From positions 9,044,965 to 9,108,964 of the forward strand of contig JASCQW010000119.1 of the NCBI GenBank assembly GCA_030264375.1: a stretch of 64,000 nucleotides of DNA. Reading direction: 5' to 3'. Position numbers and translations under genes: made by a program. This document shows, in pieces, positions 36,290 to 49,392 of this stretch (the stretch's first letter is position 1; every line of letters starts with the position of its first letter). The stretch comes from Carcharhinus longimanus (lineage: Eukaryota). The notes beneath the pieces were generated by a model, which had not been told where the DNA came from, did not search any database, and worked only from the letters and a program-made list of their open reading frames with translations.

Positions 36290-38635
36290 GAAGCACTCCG
36301 ACTCAGAATGGGTGAACTGGATTCCGAATTCCGGACGCAGCAACATATCAGCAAGTGGGAGAGACACTTGGACACTGTGTTCTAGAAGGCAGTCACAACC
36401 CTTAGGTTAAATACCTTGAATTCGGCCAGTGGACAGAGACATGAGGTTGTAGCTGCGAGTGACGCTGGTAGACGGATCCAGGTGTGGAGTTGCAATAAAC
36501 TCAGTCCCTGAACTTGTCCAACAGGTTCGAGACTATGTGTCACTGTATGGATGGGAAGGCGTACTGCAGGCAGGATGAGAAAACTGAAACGGTACAATGG
36601 AACGGGGAGTCGTTCAAGTGGGGGTCGAGAGGAAAATAAGTGCAGACATAATTGGGTATAGTATATTTCGGGGTATTAACAATTTTGTCTATGACCAGGA
36701 TCGAAAATCGCGAAGATAATGTTTCCTGCCTGGTGCTCGAGTAAGGGATATCTTATCTGGGCTGAAGAGCACTTGGAGTGAGAGGGTAAAGATCCAGTTG
36801 CCATTGTCCACGACGGTACCAATGCCATAGTTGGANNNNNNNNNNACAGGGAGTATGAACAACTAGGAGATAACGTAAACAACAGAACCAGAAAGGGGAT
36901 AACCTCTGAATTACCTCCTAAGCCAAGATCGAATTGGCACAAGGTCAATAAGATTAAGAAGGTAAATGCGTGCCCCAAACATAGGTGTGGGAAGAATAGG
37001 TTAGAATGCATTGTGACATGGGCACAGTACTTCGGAGAGGGGACCTGTTTTGATGGAACAGTCTTCATCTGAATCGTGCTGGGATCAGACTCCTGGCGAA
37101 TCTTCAAACAAGGGCTGTAGAAAGGGTTTTAAACGAAATAGTGGGACGGTGGCGGGGTGGGAGAGGGTTCAGCTGTATGTTAAACAAGAAAGTCAAAGTT
37201 ACGTATGTAAGTCAAGTACGAAAGTGAAAGTGTCAATGCAGGACAGAGGGTGCTGTATCGAATTGCACGCGGGATACGGAACAAGCTAAATGAGCCTGTT
37301 GCGCACATTGAAATTGGTCTGTATGATGGTGTGGATGACAGAGACGTGGCTGTAAGGGAAGGCGAGCCTGGATCTAAATATCCAAGGATATGTATCCCAT
37401 TGGAAGGACAAACAGGTGGGCAAAGTGGTAGGGTTGCATTCCGAGGAAGGAATGAATGTCAATCAATATTATGAAGTGATATGGGATCAGAAGCACAAAA
37501 TTTGTGTCGGTAGAGTTGAGGAATCTCAGAGGGGGAAAAAAAAATGTTGGGTGTTATGTACAGGCACCCTAGCGGTAGTCAGTGTTCATGGAAGAATATG
37601 AATCAGGAGAAAAAATAACGAAATATAAAAAGACAATATTTCATTAATCCTGAGGAATTTCAATATGCTGGTAGACTGTAAAAATCAGGTAGGCAGTGGA
37701 TCCTTAGAAAAAATAATTTCTGGAACGTCTTAGAGTTTTATTTTAGAGCAGCGTGTGCCAGAGCCTACCAGGGATCAGGCATTTCTGGATTTGGTGATGT
37801 ATAATAAGGCAGACCTAATTAGTGCATGAATGAAGAAGAAACCCTGAGGGAGCAGTAATCACAGTATCGTAGCATTTACCCTGCAGTTTGAGAGGGAGAA
37901 GTTGGAAACAGATGTAACGGTATTACAGTTGAATGAAGGTAAATACAAAGACATAAAGGAGGAGCTGGCCAGAGATGATTAGAAGGGGAGCTGAGCAGGG
38001 AAGACAGTTGAACAGCAAAGGCAAGAGTTTTACGATTTATTGGGAAGGCACAGCATAAATTCATCCCAAGGCGGATATATCATTTTTTGGGGAGAAATAA
38101 GCATCCATGGCTGACGAATGAAGTCGAGGACAAGATATTTCAGTGAAAAAGCATACAAAATGACAAGGATTAATGGATAGCCGGATGATTGGAAAGCCGT
38201 TAAAAGATTGCAGAGAACAAAGCAATAAGGGAGGGAGCGATGGAATATCAGGTTAAGCTGTCTGGTAATATAAAAGAAGGTAGGAAAGTGTTTTTTTTTT
38301 CAATATTTAAAAGGTAAGAGAGAGGAAAAAAAAAGGCCATTGGACCACTGGAAAATGAGGATGGAAAAGTAATAATAGGAAACAAACAAATGGCAGAGCA
38401 ACTACGTAATTTCATCGCATCAGTCTTCATAATGGAAGATACCAGTGGGATTCCAGGGCTTCCAGAGAGTCAGCGGGCACAGGAGAGTGAAATGGCCATC
38501 ACTAAGGAGAAGGTTCAGGGGATACCCAAATGCTCGAAGGTGGATAATGACCTGGACGGGATGGACTACACCCCAGGGTCTGGAAATTCTGGAGGCATTG
38601 GTGGTGATGTTTCAGGATTCCCTGGAGACAGGGAG
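36290..38635 (+). mobile_element. CR1 LINE 5' part (ORF1 esterase-like + ORF2 endonuclease), 3'-truncated
   Basis: FLPGARVRDI and IVHDGTNAI (SGNH-like ORF1); EPTRDQAFLDLV and LGSSNH-like endonuclease; IGPLENEDGKVIIGNKQMAEQLRNFIASVF. Confidence 0.88.
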
Positions 38636-39050
38636 GGTCAACTCAGTAAGATGTCTCACAAGTCCAGATTAAAGTCCAACCAGTTTATTTGATAGTAAAC
38701 CCACAAGCTTTCGGAAATGTTGTTCCTTTGTCAGGTGTGTGGAAAGTTCTAATCAGAGAAAGTTTATAAAGGCACACACAGTTTACAGAATACTGATTAG
38801 AATGTGAGCCTGCCACTCCCACCTCACAACGCCGTTGTCTCAGTCTCCCTCTCATCTCGATCTGTCATTCTCCCTTCCCCTCGCTAGTGCCACTGTTTAT
38901 CGCAGAATCATCCCGTTACTCTGTCCCCCCATTTCTGGTGTCAGAGGTACTCCCCTTTCTCGCTTTGTCATCTCTCTCCATCTGAATGTGTGAATGGCCC
39001 CAACCCCATCCCCGCCAGACACTTTTTCACTCATACTCTCCTCCTGAACG
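38636..39050. mobile_element. Penelope-like terminal and adjacent fragments
   Basis: cagtaagatgtctcacaagtccagattaaagtccaaccagtttatttgatag...caagctttcggaa. Confidence 0.7.
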
Positions 39051-40043
39051 GAATCCTGGAATCCGACAGTTGATGAAACATGGAACTATTCCGTGCTGAC
39101 TATCAAGAGTAGATTATTGTCCCTGTTGATGTTATGAACTATTCCCAACACATTTCATTGCGTGACAATAGCTTCCACTACCACAGTCTACACTCTCAAT
39201 TTGAATGACTTCAAAAAATGGGGCGTTATTCCAAAACAAAATGTAATCTATTCTGTTACAAACAATGACACAATATTCTAATATTAACATTACTGAATGT
39301 AATGAAACTGTTTTTTTTTTTGCTACTGTTTGGGCTTGTTTTGGTGATCTGGTTTAAACACGTTCAGAATGTTTAGAACCACAGAGTTTCCACTGACTCA
39401 TAAACCAATCGGCATGAAATTTAATGGCAGACAAAATGAAGATGACACGAGGCCTATCGCTCCAGCATTCAATTGACAATCATATATACTTTCAAATGCT
39501 TATTACGGTTACGAGAGCTAATTTTACTGCCACGGTTTTCCATTGCTATAAAAAAAAATACTTCTTGATTTTGCCTGGGATTTAATTGTTACTTTGTCAG
39601 GCATTTGCCTGAATCAGCAAAACAGTAAAGAGGCTGCACATTTGCAGGCACAGAAAACGTGCCTTCACGTCGAACAAGCATCTGTTTTTTTTTTCTAACA
39701 GAACACTCACTGTAGTTCGCGTGATAATTGATACACCAGCTTTACACTGGCTGTTCGTTTTGACACTACATTTTTTTTTCCTTCAACGAGAAATTTGTAG
39801 TCATACAATGCTCTCGTCAAGCATGTGCATGATCCTGAATTGTCTCCAAATGTTTCACAACATTGAGCTTACAAGCTTCCTTGATATACGTTCGGTATAA
39901 CATAGAAGGAAGTGGCAGGTAAAATGACAGTATTTCACTAAAATTAATCGTGATAATATTTACATTTTTTTTTTCGTTCAAACAACATGCAAATTTATGA
40001 AATTAGGGAACAGAATCCTGACAACTGTCTTTTTTTTCTGTCA

Positions 40044-40049
40044 TTTATT
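40044..40049 (-). terminator. Candidate poly(A) signal AATAAA for the B30.2 gene (second candidate at 40299-40304)
   Basis: TTTATT on the plus strand, about 600 and 340 nt downstream of the stop codon. Confidence 0.35.
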
Positions 40050-40644
40050 GATTGATTGATTGATTGTGAAGCCACAACAGTGAAACATCAGAAGACATAC
40101 TACTGGTGCAAGATATGGAAATCTGTGTAGAACTGTCAGCGAAAATAATCTCTGTTCAAATTGCACTTGATGTTATAAGTTTTGGAGATCTCATCCTAGT
40201 ACCGACATGGTTCTTTGCTATAATCTGGCAAAATAACTGATTATTATGTGGGCATATATCATCCCAGCTTTAAAAACATGATTGATTTCCTGGAGTTGTT
40301 TATTTCCAGATCTCATGTGTGGTAACCGGAAGGTACAATGGCTAATGAAATTGAATGGCGTTGAGGCGGGGGGCGGGGTAGGGGGGGAAGGTGATGTGGG
40401 TGGAGTGTGTGGATTATGGAACTGGTTTACATATGGAATCGTACACGTTAGTGGTCGTGCTATGTGAAGTGTGATCAAAATTAAGATCTGTGATTGTGGG
40501 CTTCCAATAGCAGCAGTAAGGCAGAAGGAATATCTTCCCAGATTGGAGATGATCTGATATGAAGTTACAGATTTCAAGCTCACTGCCAAACCATTCCATT
40601 GGCGTTCATACTTGTTTCACACACGGTTGAAGCTGGATCTATCA

Positions 40645-41165
40645 CTACATCACTGTTAATGAGGCATCACTACTAGTGTTAATCCAGAGTTTGAAGACAG
40701 GGCTGACTTCATCAGTGAACTTGTCCGTGATGGTGTGCAGAAGGCAATAGTCACTAACATTGTAGAAATACAATTTCCCGGCCTCATAGTCCAGGAAGAC
40801 TCCAACAGTGCTTACATTAGACAATACGAGAGAGGTTCCGAACGTCCTTACTTTAAAGTCCGGTTTTTTAATATTCCACACCATTAAAGTCCAAAATCCT
40901 TTGCTAGTGAGCGGCCTGCTCCACCTCGGCGAGTGAGCATTGTTTTTTGCCACGCCTACACTCCATACTGTGCCCTTAGTCACCACGACCTCCCAGTAGT
41001 GCTTGCCGGTCGTGAAACCCTCAGAGGCTCTGATGGTCCACGAGTCGTGGTATTTTTCTTCCTTCGTTGAAAATTTGCTCGATGTGAGGTCCCACCAAGT
41101 GTTCTTTCCATTTGCAGACACGCTGAACCTGGAATCTGCCTTCTTCGCATCCAAATGTAGTTGGA
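40645..41165 (-). CDS. Terminal exon encoding an intact B30.2 (PRY-SPRY) domain; TRIM- or butyrophilin-like gene
   Basis: Acceptor ttttgtttcattacag| (AG at 41167-41166), phase 1. Open frame QLHLDAKKAD...SEGFTTGKHYWEV...WSVGVA...GFWTL...VGVFLDYEAGKLYFYNV...FTDEVSPVF to TAG at 40647-40645. The true start is the splice site, not the ORF-track start at 41154. Confidence 0.95.
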
Positions 41166-42734
41166 CTGTAATGAAACAAAACTGAGTTACTGATCACTTC
41201 CCATTTTCCCTTTTAATGCACCAGCAGAACATAATATGCATGACTTGTTCTGCCTACTTCAATTAAATTGTATTAATTTTATCAGCACGAGGGGAATGGG
41301 AACCAACACGCTTATCATTAACTTCATTTTTTTTTCATTATTTTTAAGAAATCTTTCTGATGAGGGTCATGCATTGACATTGCATGACAGAGGGGTAACT
41401 ATGCAGTCTTCTGCTTTATCTATCTTTGATCTTTGAGATTAAGTGTTACTAAAAAGAGAAATGAAATTCTGGAACTTCAAAAGAAAATCAAGGAAAATCT
41501 CAGCATTGAACCCGTCATCTGTGGACAGGATTTTTTTTTCCATCAAACATTATTTTGGAAGGACGCATTTCAGATAAACTGATGGTTGTCTCTGTTACTA
41601 GATCCTCAAGCTCTGCCTGGCCAACCAGGCAGCTCATTCATTTCCAATTGTATTTTTACAGGAATAAATGATCACTGTGCCAACAATAGGTTCCGTGAAT
41701 TTTCTAGTTATATCACTGATGGAGCAGTTAACGACAACATTGAATCTCCAACTGAACTCATCCGTGCTGAAGTATATACTTCAGACCATTATTCTCCACG
41801 TCCATCGCTCCCCCCGCCCCCAAACCAATCTCTTTTTGTTTTGGTTGGAAGTAACCCAACCAACATTTGATTAAATACTTTTACACGCATAATACTCACA
41901 TGCATGTTATATATTTTGGTCATGAAATAACATGTGAAATAAATTTGGACATTGGAAACAGACTCTAGTATCTGCTGAATTATGCAAATAATACTTTGAT
42001 AATTAATAATTAACGTTATTGTAAATATGTAGCGTTCCGTCACAAATAAAATTTATTTTCATCATCTATGCCATCAATATATTCTATAATATGAAATATA
42101 TTTATTATGCTATAATGCAGAAAAGTGTAACATTCAGGTATCAAAAACTAACATCACATGAAACACTTGTGACTCTAGATTTGCTTCTCTGGCACTTGCA
42201 TCTCAGTCTGTCGGTAGGTAGAACCGAAATGATGGTTTGGCATCCGATTCTTGAACGTCGTGTCCAAAGGAAGCTACAAAAGGAGGTGGCCAGTGAGTTT
42301 GAATGTCAATATGCAAAATGTCCCAATGTATGGATAAAAATAAATAAACAGGTGGATTTCTGTCCGACTTTCCTTATCATCAGTCATAAATAAAATTGGA
42401 ACCTCTGCTATCACAATCAAGCAACATTCCTGGAAAATTGCATGTTGTTGCAACAACTGTCATATTTATTTAACCATAACAATGTATGCAGCACAATGAA
42501 CTCTACAGCTGGTTGGCATTCATTTTCAGGGAAGGCATTTGTGAACGCAGATTAGAATTCAAATGCTGACTTCACCCAACTATTACAAATCCAAGTGTAT
42601 CTTCCAAATATGATATTCTCGGGGACAGTTGTGCGGTAAATGTCGGCCACAATGATAAACAATCAACACGACAATGGATCCAATGATTTTGTGTGTCGAT
42701 TTAATTTTTGGGCATATTTGTTGTCCACATATTC

Positions 42735-43074
42735 AAAGAACAAAGAGCAAAGAACAACTCAGGACGGGAAACCGGCCCTTCGGCCCAACGAGCCCGCACT
42801 GCCATTTCAACATTGTGAGTCCCCTGTTCACCCATGACCCTTGTCTGCGCTTATGGCACTCCACATTGGAAACCAGATCCAGGGGAGACTAATTTAGGGA
42901 CAATTTGTTACACCAATCAGCCTAAGTGCACATCTTTGGGATGTGGACGGAAACCGCTGCACCGGGAGAAAACCCACGCAAGCACGGGGAGGATGCACAA
43001 ACTCCCACAGACACTGGCCCAAATCCATGTACCTGCACAGCAAACAGTGATAGTCACTGAGCTGTCGTGTTGCC
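42735..43074 (-). mobile_element. HE1/V-SINE-type SINE, near full length
   Basis: accaatcagcctaagtgcacatctttgggatgtggacggaaaccg...aaacccacgcaagcacggggaggatgcacaaactcc. Confidence 0.88.
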
Positions 43075-43173
43075 NNNNNNNNNNNNNNNNNNNNNNNNNN
43101 NNNNNNNNNNNNNNNNNNNNNNNNNNNNNNNNNNNNNNNNNNNNNNNNNNNNNNNNNNNNNNNNNNNNNNNNN

Positions 43174-43720
43174 NGATCTATGAACCACAGCGAATATGAC
43201 CCTTGTTGGACAACAAGGCGGACCGAAGCACCTGTGGATTAAAAGAGAGAAAAAGAAACAATAACATGCACATCCTATGCAAACATTCAAGGGAATCCCC
43301 AGAAGCTCAAATGTAAAACAAGTGAGCCAGAAAATATGTTGGGATACCCAGGGACGTCCCAAGGCTCTTGATCCTTATTTAAAACAGTGTCCTGTACTCC
43401 TCCATCTCTATTCCGCTCATGTGTCTATCTAAGTATCCCTTAAACAACGCCAGCGTGNNNNNNNNNNCCACAACCCTCTCTGTGAAAAACCTCCCTCTAA
43501 CATCCGAATTATAACTCGCCAACACCCCCCCCACCCCCTCCTCTCCCTAAGCCTGTGGCCTCTCGTAATATTTGTTCCAAATCTGAGAAAAAGCTACCAC
43601 TGTTTATCTATACCCTTCATAATCTTATACACAGCTATTAGATTTCCCCTCATTCTCCGTCATGCTAAGGAAAACAGCCTCAATTTGCCCAACCTTTCCT
43701 CATAACCCAGTCTTTTATTT
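43174..43720 (-). mobile_element. CR1 3' fragment
   Basis: tgtctatctaagtatcccttaaac; caccctctctgtgaaaaa; ttataatcttatacac...aaggaaaacagcctcaatttgcccaacctttcctcataa. Confidence 0.75.
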
Positions 43721-44053
43721 ATTTATCCCGTTTCCAGGAACACAAAATGTTTGGTAAGGTCACTTCGGTACCAACAATTGGACATCAACATTATTGTGAA
43801 GTAGCGTTTGAGTTCTGGCACTCGATAATGATTGGCCATTCGGCAATTGTTTCTGCTTATAACCATCATAATGTCATGAAAATTCCAAGCTGTGGAATAG
43901 ATTGTCAGATGGATAAAGTTGCCTCGAAAGGTCTGGAGTTATTCCCAATAGCATGGAAATACCATACTGCAGCACCTTTCATTATTCGTCATGTGCAATG
44001 AACAATGTTTGAGAGTTATTCCTTATTTAAATCACTCGATTCTTTGAAACTAC

Positions 44054-44345
44054 ATGGTGGCACACTGGTAAAAACTGTGGACCCTTGGCGCCCATGTCCC
44101 AGATTCTGTCTCAGTGGAGTTTGCACGTTCTACACGAGTCTGCATTGGTTTCCCCTGGGTGCTCTGGTTTAGTCCCACAGTCCAAACATGTGCGGGTTAG
44201 ATTGTTTTGCCATGTTAAATTGACCCTAGTATAAGGGGAATTATCAGGTAAATGCAGGGATAGGGCCTGGGTGGAGTTGTGATCTGTACAGATACGATAG
44301 GCCTAATGGCCTCTTTCTAGACTGTACAGATTTTATGATTCTATC
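44054..44345 (+). mobile_element. HE1 SINE
   Basis: gtggagtttgcacgttct...gggtgctctggtttagtcccacagtccaaacatgtgcgggttag...gggatagggcctgggtgg. Confidence 0.92.
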
Positions 44346-44689
44346 AGCAAATGTTAGTTGGTTTTGTAATGAGCAGACACATTGCAAACATTTTTTTTCT
44401 TCAGTTCGGCGTCGTAAATTGTGAACAATTGCATCCTGGTCAAAAAGTTTCGACTGCATCGCCAAAGAGAGTACGAGTTTAGTGACATGAATCCTTCATC
44501 ACTATTGAAACAGGGACAACATACACGCGATAGAAGGCAAACTTGAACATTGTTCTTCATTATTTCAAAGGTAAAGCTGGGATAACATCAGGGACACAGC
44601 TTTGTTAACATATTGTGAGTGCTGACAGCACTTGGACTGCGGTCATTAAAAGAAAATGTTCAATTTCACTAGTGTTTGTCCAGTTACCT

Positions 44690-45100
44690 CGGCTGACATC
44701 AAGAAAAAAAAAGTAAATTGACACTGCGTACGGCAAGGAATTTTGGCATTGCTTGCGTGGCAGGTTCAGCAAGTCATAGATTGTGCAGTGTGTATTTTCT
44801 GTCACGATAAAAGAAACGTTCAGCAAGAGGGGTCTGGATTCGCTCAATCCCCTCAATCGGTTTGGAAACATAAATGACCTTCTATATGTTGAAGTGATCT
44901 TTGACTCACGACCATTTGATGTTCCAAACCTCCGCTGCACATAAAGTTTCAATAGAGATCGAAACATAGCAGGTGTTGACGCAGAGTGCTCTGTGACAGT
45001 CACTCGAGACGTTGAGATCCAAAAGTTCCTTCCCTTTCAAGGAAAATGTCCTTCAGGAGAAACAGAAAGACAAGGAGAAAGTAAAGATGGCCCAGGGCAG
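44690..45100 (-). pseudogene. Decayed B7-family (ICOSL/CD80-86-like) IgV exon
   Basis: Hydrophobic ALGHLYFLLVFLFLL, then EGTFGSQ; FDL-KLYVQR; TSTYRRSFMFPNRLRG...LLLNVSF-DRKYT-CTI across frameshifts. Confidence 0.55.
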
Positions 45101-45949
45101 ATGGATATAAATGAAAGCTAAATCTTCTCCATATATTGACTCCCAATTCAGAACATTGACAGAGGATCTCATCGCAGATCAGGAATCGCAGGTTGACTGA
45201 AAAAGGCGATGGCGCAGTAGTCATGCTGCTGGACTACACATTCAGAGGGCCAGCCAGACGTCTGAGTAATTAATTTTAAAATCAAGCAGAACAATTGGTG
45301 AAAAATGTATACAGTTAGTATTATCTGCCATTAAAGTGTGGCATTTTTCATGCAAGAATCGTTGGTGGATGTATAAAGCCATTTGTTTCATTTACATTTT
45401 TCACACAATCATGGAACGATACAGCACAGAAAGGGCTTTTTGTTCAATTGAGCATGCGGAAACCTTTGATGCCCGTCGGTTTGCATGTAATGTATGATTT
45501 TAAAAAATCGACATGTAATGATCAAGGGCAAAGCGTCATTGGGTGTCAAATTTTAATCTTGCCGGCCATGTGCAGATGCAAAACAGCTGCGTATACGTAT
45601 TTTGTAAACTAAAAGGTGGTTGAGATGAAAATGTGCAAAGTGAAATCTCACCTTTCTTTGATTGCAATTCTTTCGGATCTGAAAATATATGGTGCAGGTG
45701 CAGGCATGAGGAGCAGCATTCATAATTTATAGGATTTTCATACATTTCGCGTCCTTCATTCTGTGATCCTATTNNNNNNNNNNAAACGTGTCTTCAATAT
45801 ATTGACTGCCTTCATTATCCCGAGTTTGATGAGAGGCTGCCTCAAGCCCCTAGGTCCAGCGGACTAAACTTGGCAGATTTTCCGATGTATTGCATGAACA
45901 CTACTGCAAGATTAAATGCAGAATTTCAACTCGTTTGGTCTCTCTTAGA

Positions 45950-46220
45950 CTATGCCATTTGAATCCCGATCTGGACAAACATGAAATGTTGTTTCCATGT
46001 GTATATGCGAATAGTGAAAATGTTGGCTCATTTCCAAGTCACACAATTTGGACGAAAGAGCACCAATATCGATCTTGTTTTATTATAATTTCTTCTTCCT
46101 CAACATCGGGATTGGGGAGCAATTGCAATTCTCTCGGTTGCCAATTACAGTGAAACAAATAAATCATTTCAATAATTGCCGGACTATCTCGTTGCGTCTC
46201 TCATTTTGAGACCATGCCTT
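45950..46220 (+). pseudogene. Decayed Siglec/CD22-like V exon
   Basis: MLFPCVYANSENVGSFPSHTIWTK matches the xPCxY...IWxK spacing; the 3' half is poorly recognisable. Confidence 0.35.
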
Positions 46221-46534
46221 TGAGCAACAGTTATCCCATCAATGTAAGCGTCGTGTATTCATTATTTGTTGACATAATGTCCTGAGAAAAAAAAAATGAA
46301 ATCAAAGGAATTGCAACTTTGACCCTTTACTCATGCATCTAGCTTCTAACTATATTTTCTGGCATAACATTGCACTCAGGCTTTGTGCACGCAGAACATG
46401 TGCTGCGTTCCAACAATTCCAACAAATGGAAATCATGTTGAGTAAAGCGACCGATGGGATTGCATGAACTTTGAATGACGCCCAAGAATCACATTTTTCA
46501 TATTCCTTGCAACCTGTAGTTTTACCTCCTGTTT

Positions 46535-46692
46535 TACCCCACAGTGCGAAGGGCGTGCTGTTTAGGTGCATTGGCCATGCTAAATTCTCCCTCAATGTTG
46601 CAGAAAAGGCGCCAGAGTCTGGCGACTAGGGGGGTTTCACAGTAACTTCATTGCAGTGTTAATTTACGCCTACTTGTGACTATAAATAATGA
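46535..46692 (+). mobile_element. V-SINE 3' half with L2-type tail
   Basis: ttaggtgcattggccatgctaaattctccctc...ggcgactagggggtttcacagtaacttcattgcagtgttaatttacgcctacttgtgac. Confidence 0.88.
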
Positions 46693-46884
46693 TAACAAAA
46701 ACTGTGATTCCCTTCTGAAGTGACGGACATCATCTCAGTTTGCTAAAATTGTCCCAAATTCTTCAAAATCGGCAGTAGCTTTGCAATTCTCATGTGTCTT
46801 GTTGTCATTTAATTCTGCTGCTGCTCACTGTGTTCTTCATTACGTACTCCAAGAAAAAAAAAGAGATTTCACGTCAAAAGTGAA

Positions 46885-49392
46885 TAACCGGTTATTGTTG
46901 GGGGAGATATCAAATTTTCATGTATTGGCTCGTACTCACTTTATGTGAAGGGTGTAGAAGGTAGAGAGCTTGTAAAAAAAAAATCCAGAAATACTCCTTG
47001 AATTAATCCGACTAGGGAAGGGGTAGTTTTGGACAGAGTATTGCGGAATGAGCCCGGCCAGGTGGTTGACGTTTCAGGAACGGAGCATTTCAGGAACAAT
47101 GATCACAATTCAGTCAGTTTTAACGTACTGGTTGTTGAAGACAAACGTAATCCTCAAGTGAAGGTGCTAAATTGGAGCAAGAGTCCAGGCAATACTCGGA
47201 AGGAACTGATGTTAGCAAACTGGAGCAAATGTTTGAGGACAAATCAACATTTAGCACGCGGATGGCTTTCAAAAGTAGATTGATAGGAATTCAGGAACGG
47301 CATTTTGCTTCAAGGATCGAGGAAATGTATATCACGTTTTGGGAACTTGGGCAACAAGAGATATTGAAAGCCTCGTCAAAGAGAAGAAGGAAACTTTTGT
47401 CAAGACTACGAGGCTGAGAACTCAGAAGAAAATTCTGGAATGCAAGGAAAGTAGGAACACACTTAAGTAAGAAATAAGGAGGGCTGAAAGAGGTCACGAA
47501 AATACATTGGGGAGCTGAGTTAAGGAAATTCCTAAGGAATTTATACATACATACTTTAAGAGGGAAGAGGTATCGAGGGAACAGGGTTAGAATATTACTG
47601 CACAAGATTCTTTCGGACAGGATGTACTCCTATTTGAGATACTTGGACTTGTTAGCGAGAGACAGAATGGTTTTGTGAAGGGGAGGTATTGTCTCACTAA
47701 ATTGATTGAGATTTTCGACGACGTTTTGAAGATGATTGATGCGCGTTTGACGGACGGACAAATTTATGTGTGGAGCCATAGAAACGGGCGAGGTATGAAT
47801 GCGTACTCGTTCTCAGTATTAATCAAAGAGAAGAACTTTATGGATGAAGAGTCTAGGGGAGGGTGTGTACACAGTTCGGGTCATTTATTTAAAAGGGAGG
47901 GGCGTCTTTTGATCCTCGAATAACTTTAAAATTGAAGCCCCAGGGCTTGAGGAAGACAGTGGAGGAAATTGCTGGGTCTTGAGAGAAATCTTTGTATCTT
48001 CACTACCTACAAAGGTAGTCCTGGAAGCTGGAAAATAACGAATATTATTCCTTTGTTTCAGAAGGAGAGCAGTGATATTCCATGTAATTACAGGAGATAT
48101 GCCTTATGCCACGGGTAGAGCAATTATTGGAGAGGATTCTTCTTGACAGACTGATTGACATTTGCGAACGATTGCGCATATTAGCGAGAGGCAATACAAT
48201 TTTGTAAAGGACAGGTTGTGTCTTATAATTGATCGACTTTTTCGAGGATGTATCGAATATGATTGATGAAGGTAGGTCAGTGGATGGTGTCTACATGAAT
48301 TTGTAGAATTTGAAGCCACTGACAGTATCCCTCTTTGCACACTGGCACAAAGATGCATTCGGATGGGAACAAAAGTGAGTTGGCAAGATAGATTCAGAAC
48401 TGTCCCGGTCATAGAAGAGAGGGGGTAGCTGTACAAGCATGTGTTTCTGAAAGGAGGGCTGCGACAAATGACGTTAATTTCTGCGAGCATTGCTGTTAAG
48501 TTTGGTGGAAATGTAGAAAATATTGAGGACCATCATATGATACAGCAGCTTATCAATCTCTTGGTGACTTGGGCGGAGACAGAAAAGATGTCGTTTAATC
48601 CTGGCAAATATGAGGCAATGAACTTAGAAGGTCTAATAAACATGGAGAACATTTAATAAAAGACAGAGAGCTTAATAGTAGCGATACGCCGAGGGAGCAG
48701 TGCAGGAGCAGAGGTGACTGAAAGTGGCAATGTAAATCGAGAAGGTAGTCAAGAAGTCATACGACATACTTCCCTTTGTGCATCGAGGCAGAACAAATAA
48801 AAGTTGGCATATCATGGTGCATCTTTATAGAACTTTGCTGTGGCCAGATTTGGAAGATATTGTTCAATTCTAGTGGCGAAACTACCAGAAGCATTTTTGG
48901 AGACGGTGCAGAAAAGTATTCCCAGGATGCTGCCTGGTACCTAAGGCATTGGTTGTGAGGAGAGGTTGGAGAAACTCAGTTTCTTGTCACTGTTACAGCG
49001 CAGGCTGAGGGACGACCTGATCGAAGTCGACAGGGTCATGAGGGGCATCGGCAGATTGGAAGGTCAGAAGTTTTTTTTTCCTAGGGTTGAAGATTCCATT
49101 ACTAGGAGGGCATAATGTTAGGGTGCGAGCGTTTCCATTTAAAGGAGAAATACGGGGCTTTTTTTTCCTTACATGGAGGCTGCTGGTTGCCTGGAACTGG
49201 CTGCCTGGTGAAGTTGTGGAAGGAANNNNNNNNNNNNNNNNNNNNNNCTGACAAATACATGAAAATGATGAAAATAGCAGGTATAGTCCCCAAGAAATTG
49301 CGGTTTAATTTCATCATTGGCATCATGGTCTTTGCATGTCTGGTTGGCTGAAGGGGCTGTTTATGTGATTAATTGTACTTTTTTGTCGTTCT
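46885..49392 (+). mobile_element. CR1 LINE ORF2, decayed and internally rearranged
   Basis: LRNEPGQVVDVSGTEHFRNNDHNSV; FVKGRYCLTKLIEIF; MSFNPGKYEAM; CR1 tail near 49350-49392. Confidence 0.9.

Noticed and set aside
41260-41328. Signal-peptide-like MKLMISVLVPIPLVLIK just upstream of the B30.2 exon
   Set aside because: No GT donor before its stop codon, so it cannot be joined as written.
42153-42273. Candidate upstream exon for the B30.2 gene (good acceptor ccttttgtag on the minus strand)
   Set aside because: Two frames hit stops. The open frame ends phase 0 at the best donor and resembles no TRIM/BTN linker.
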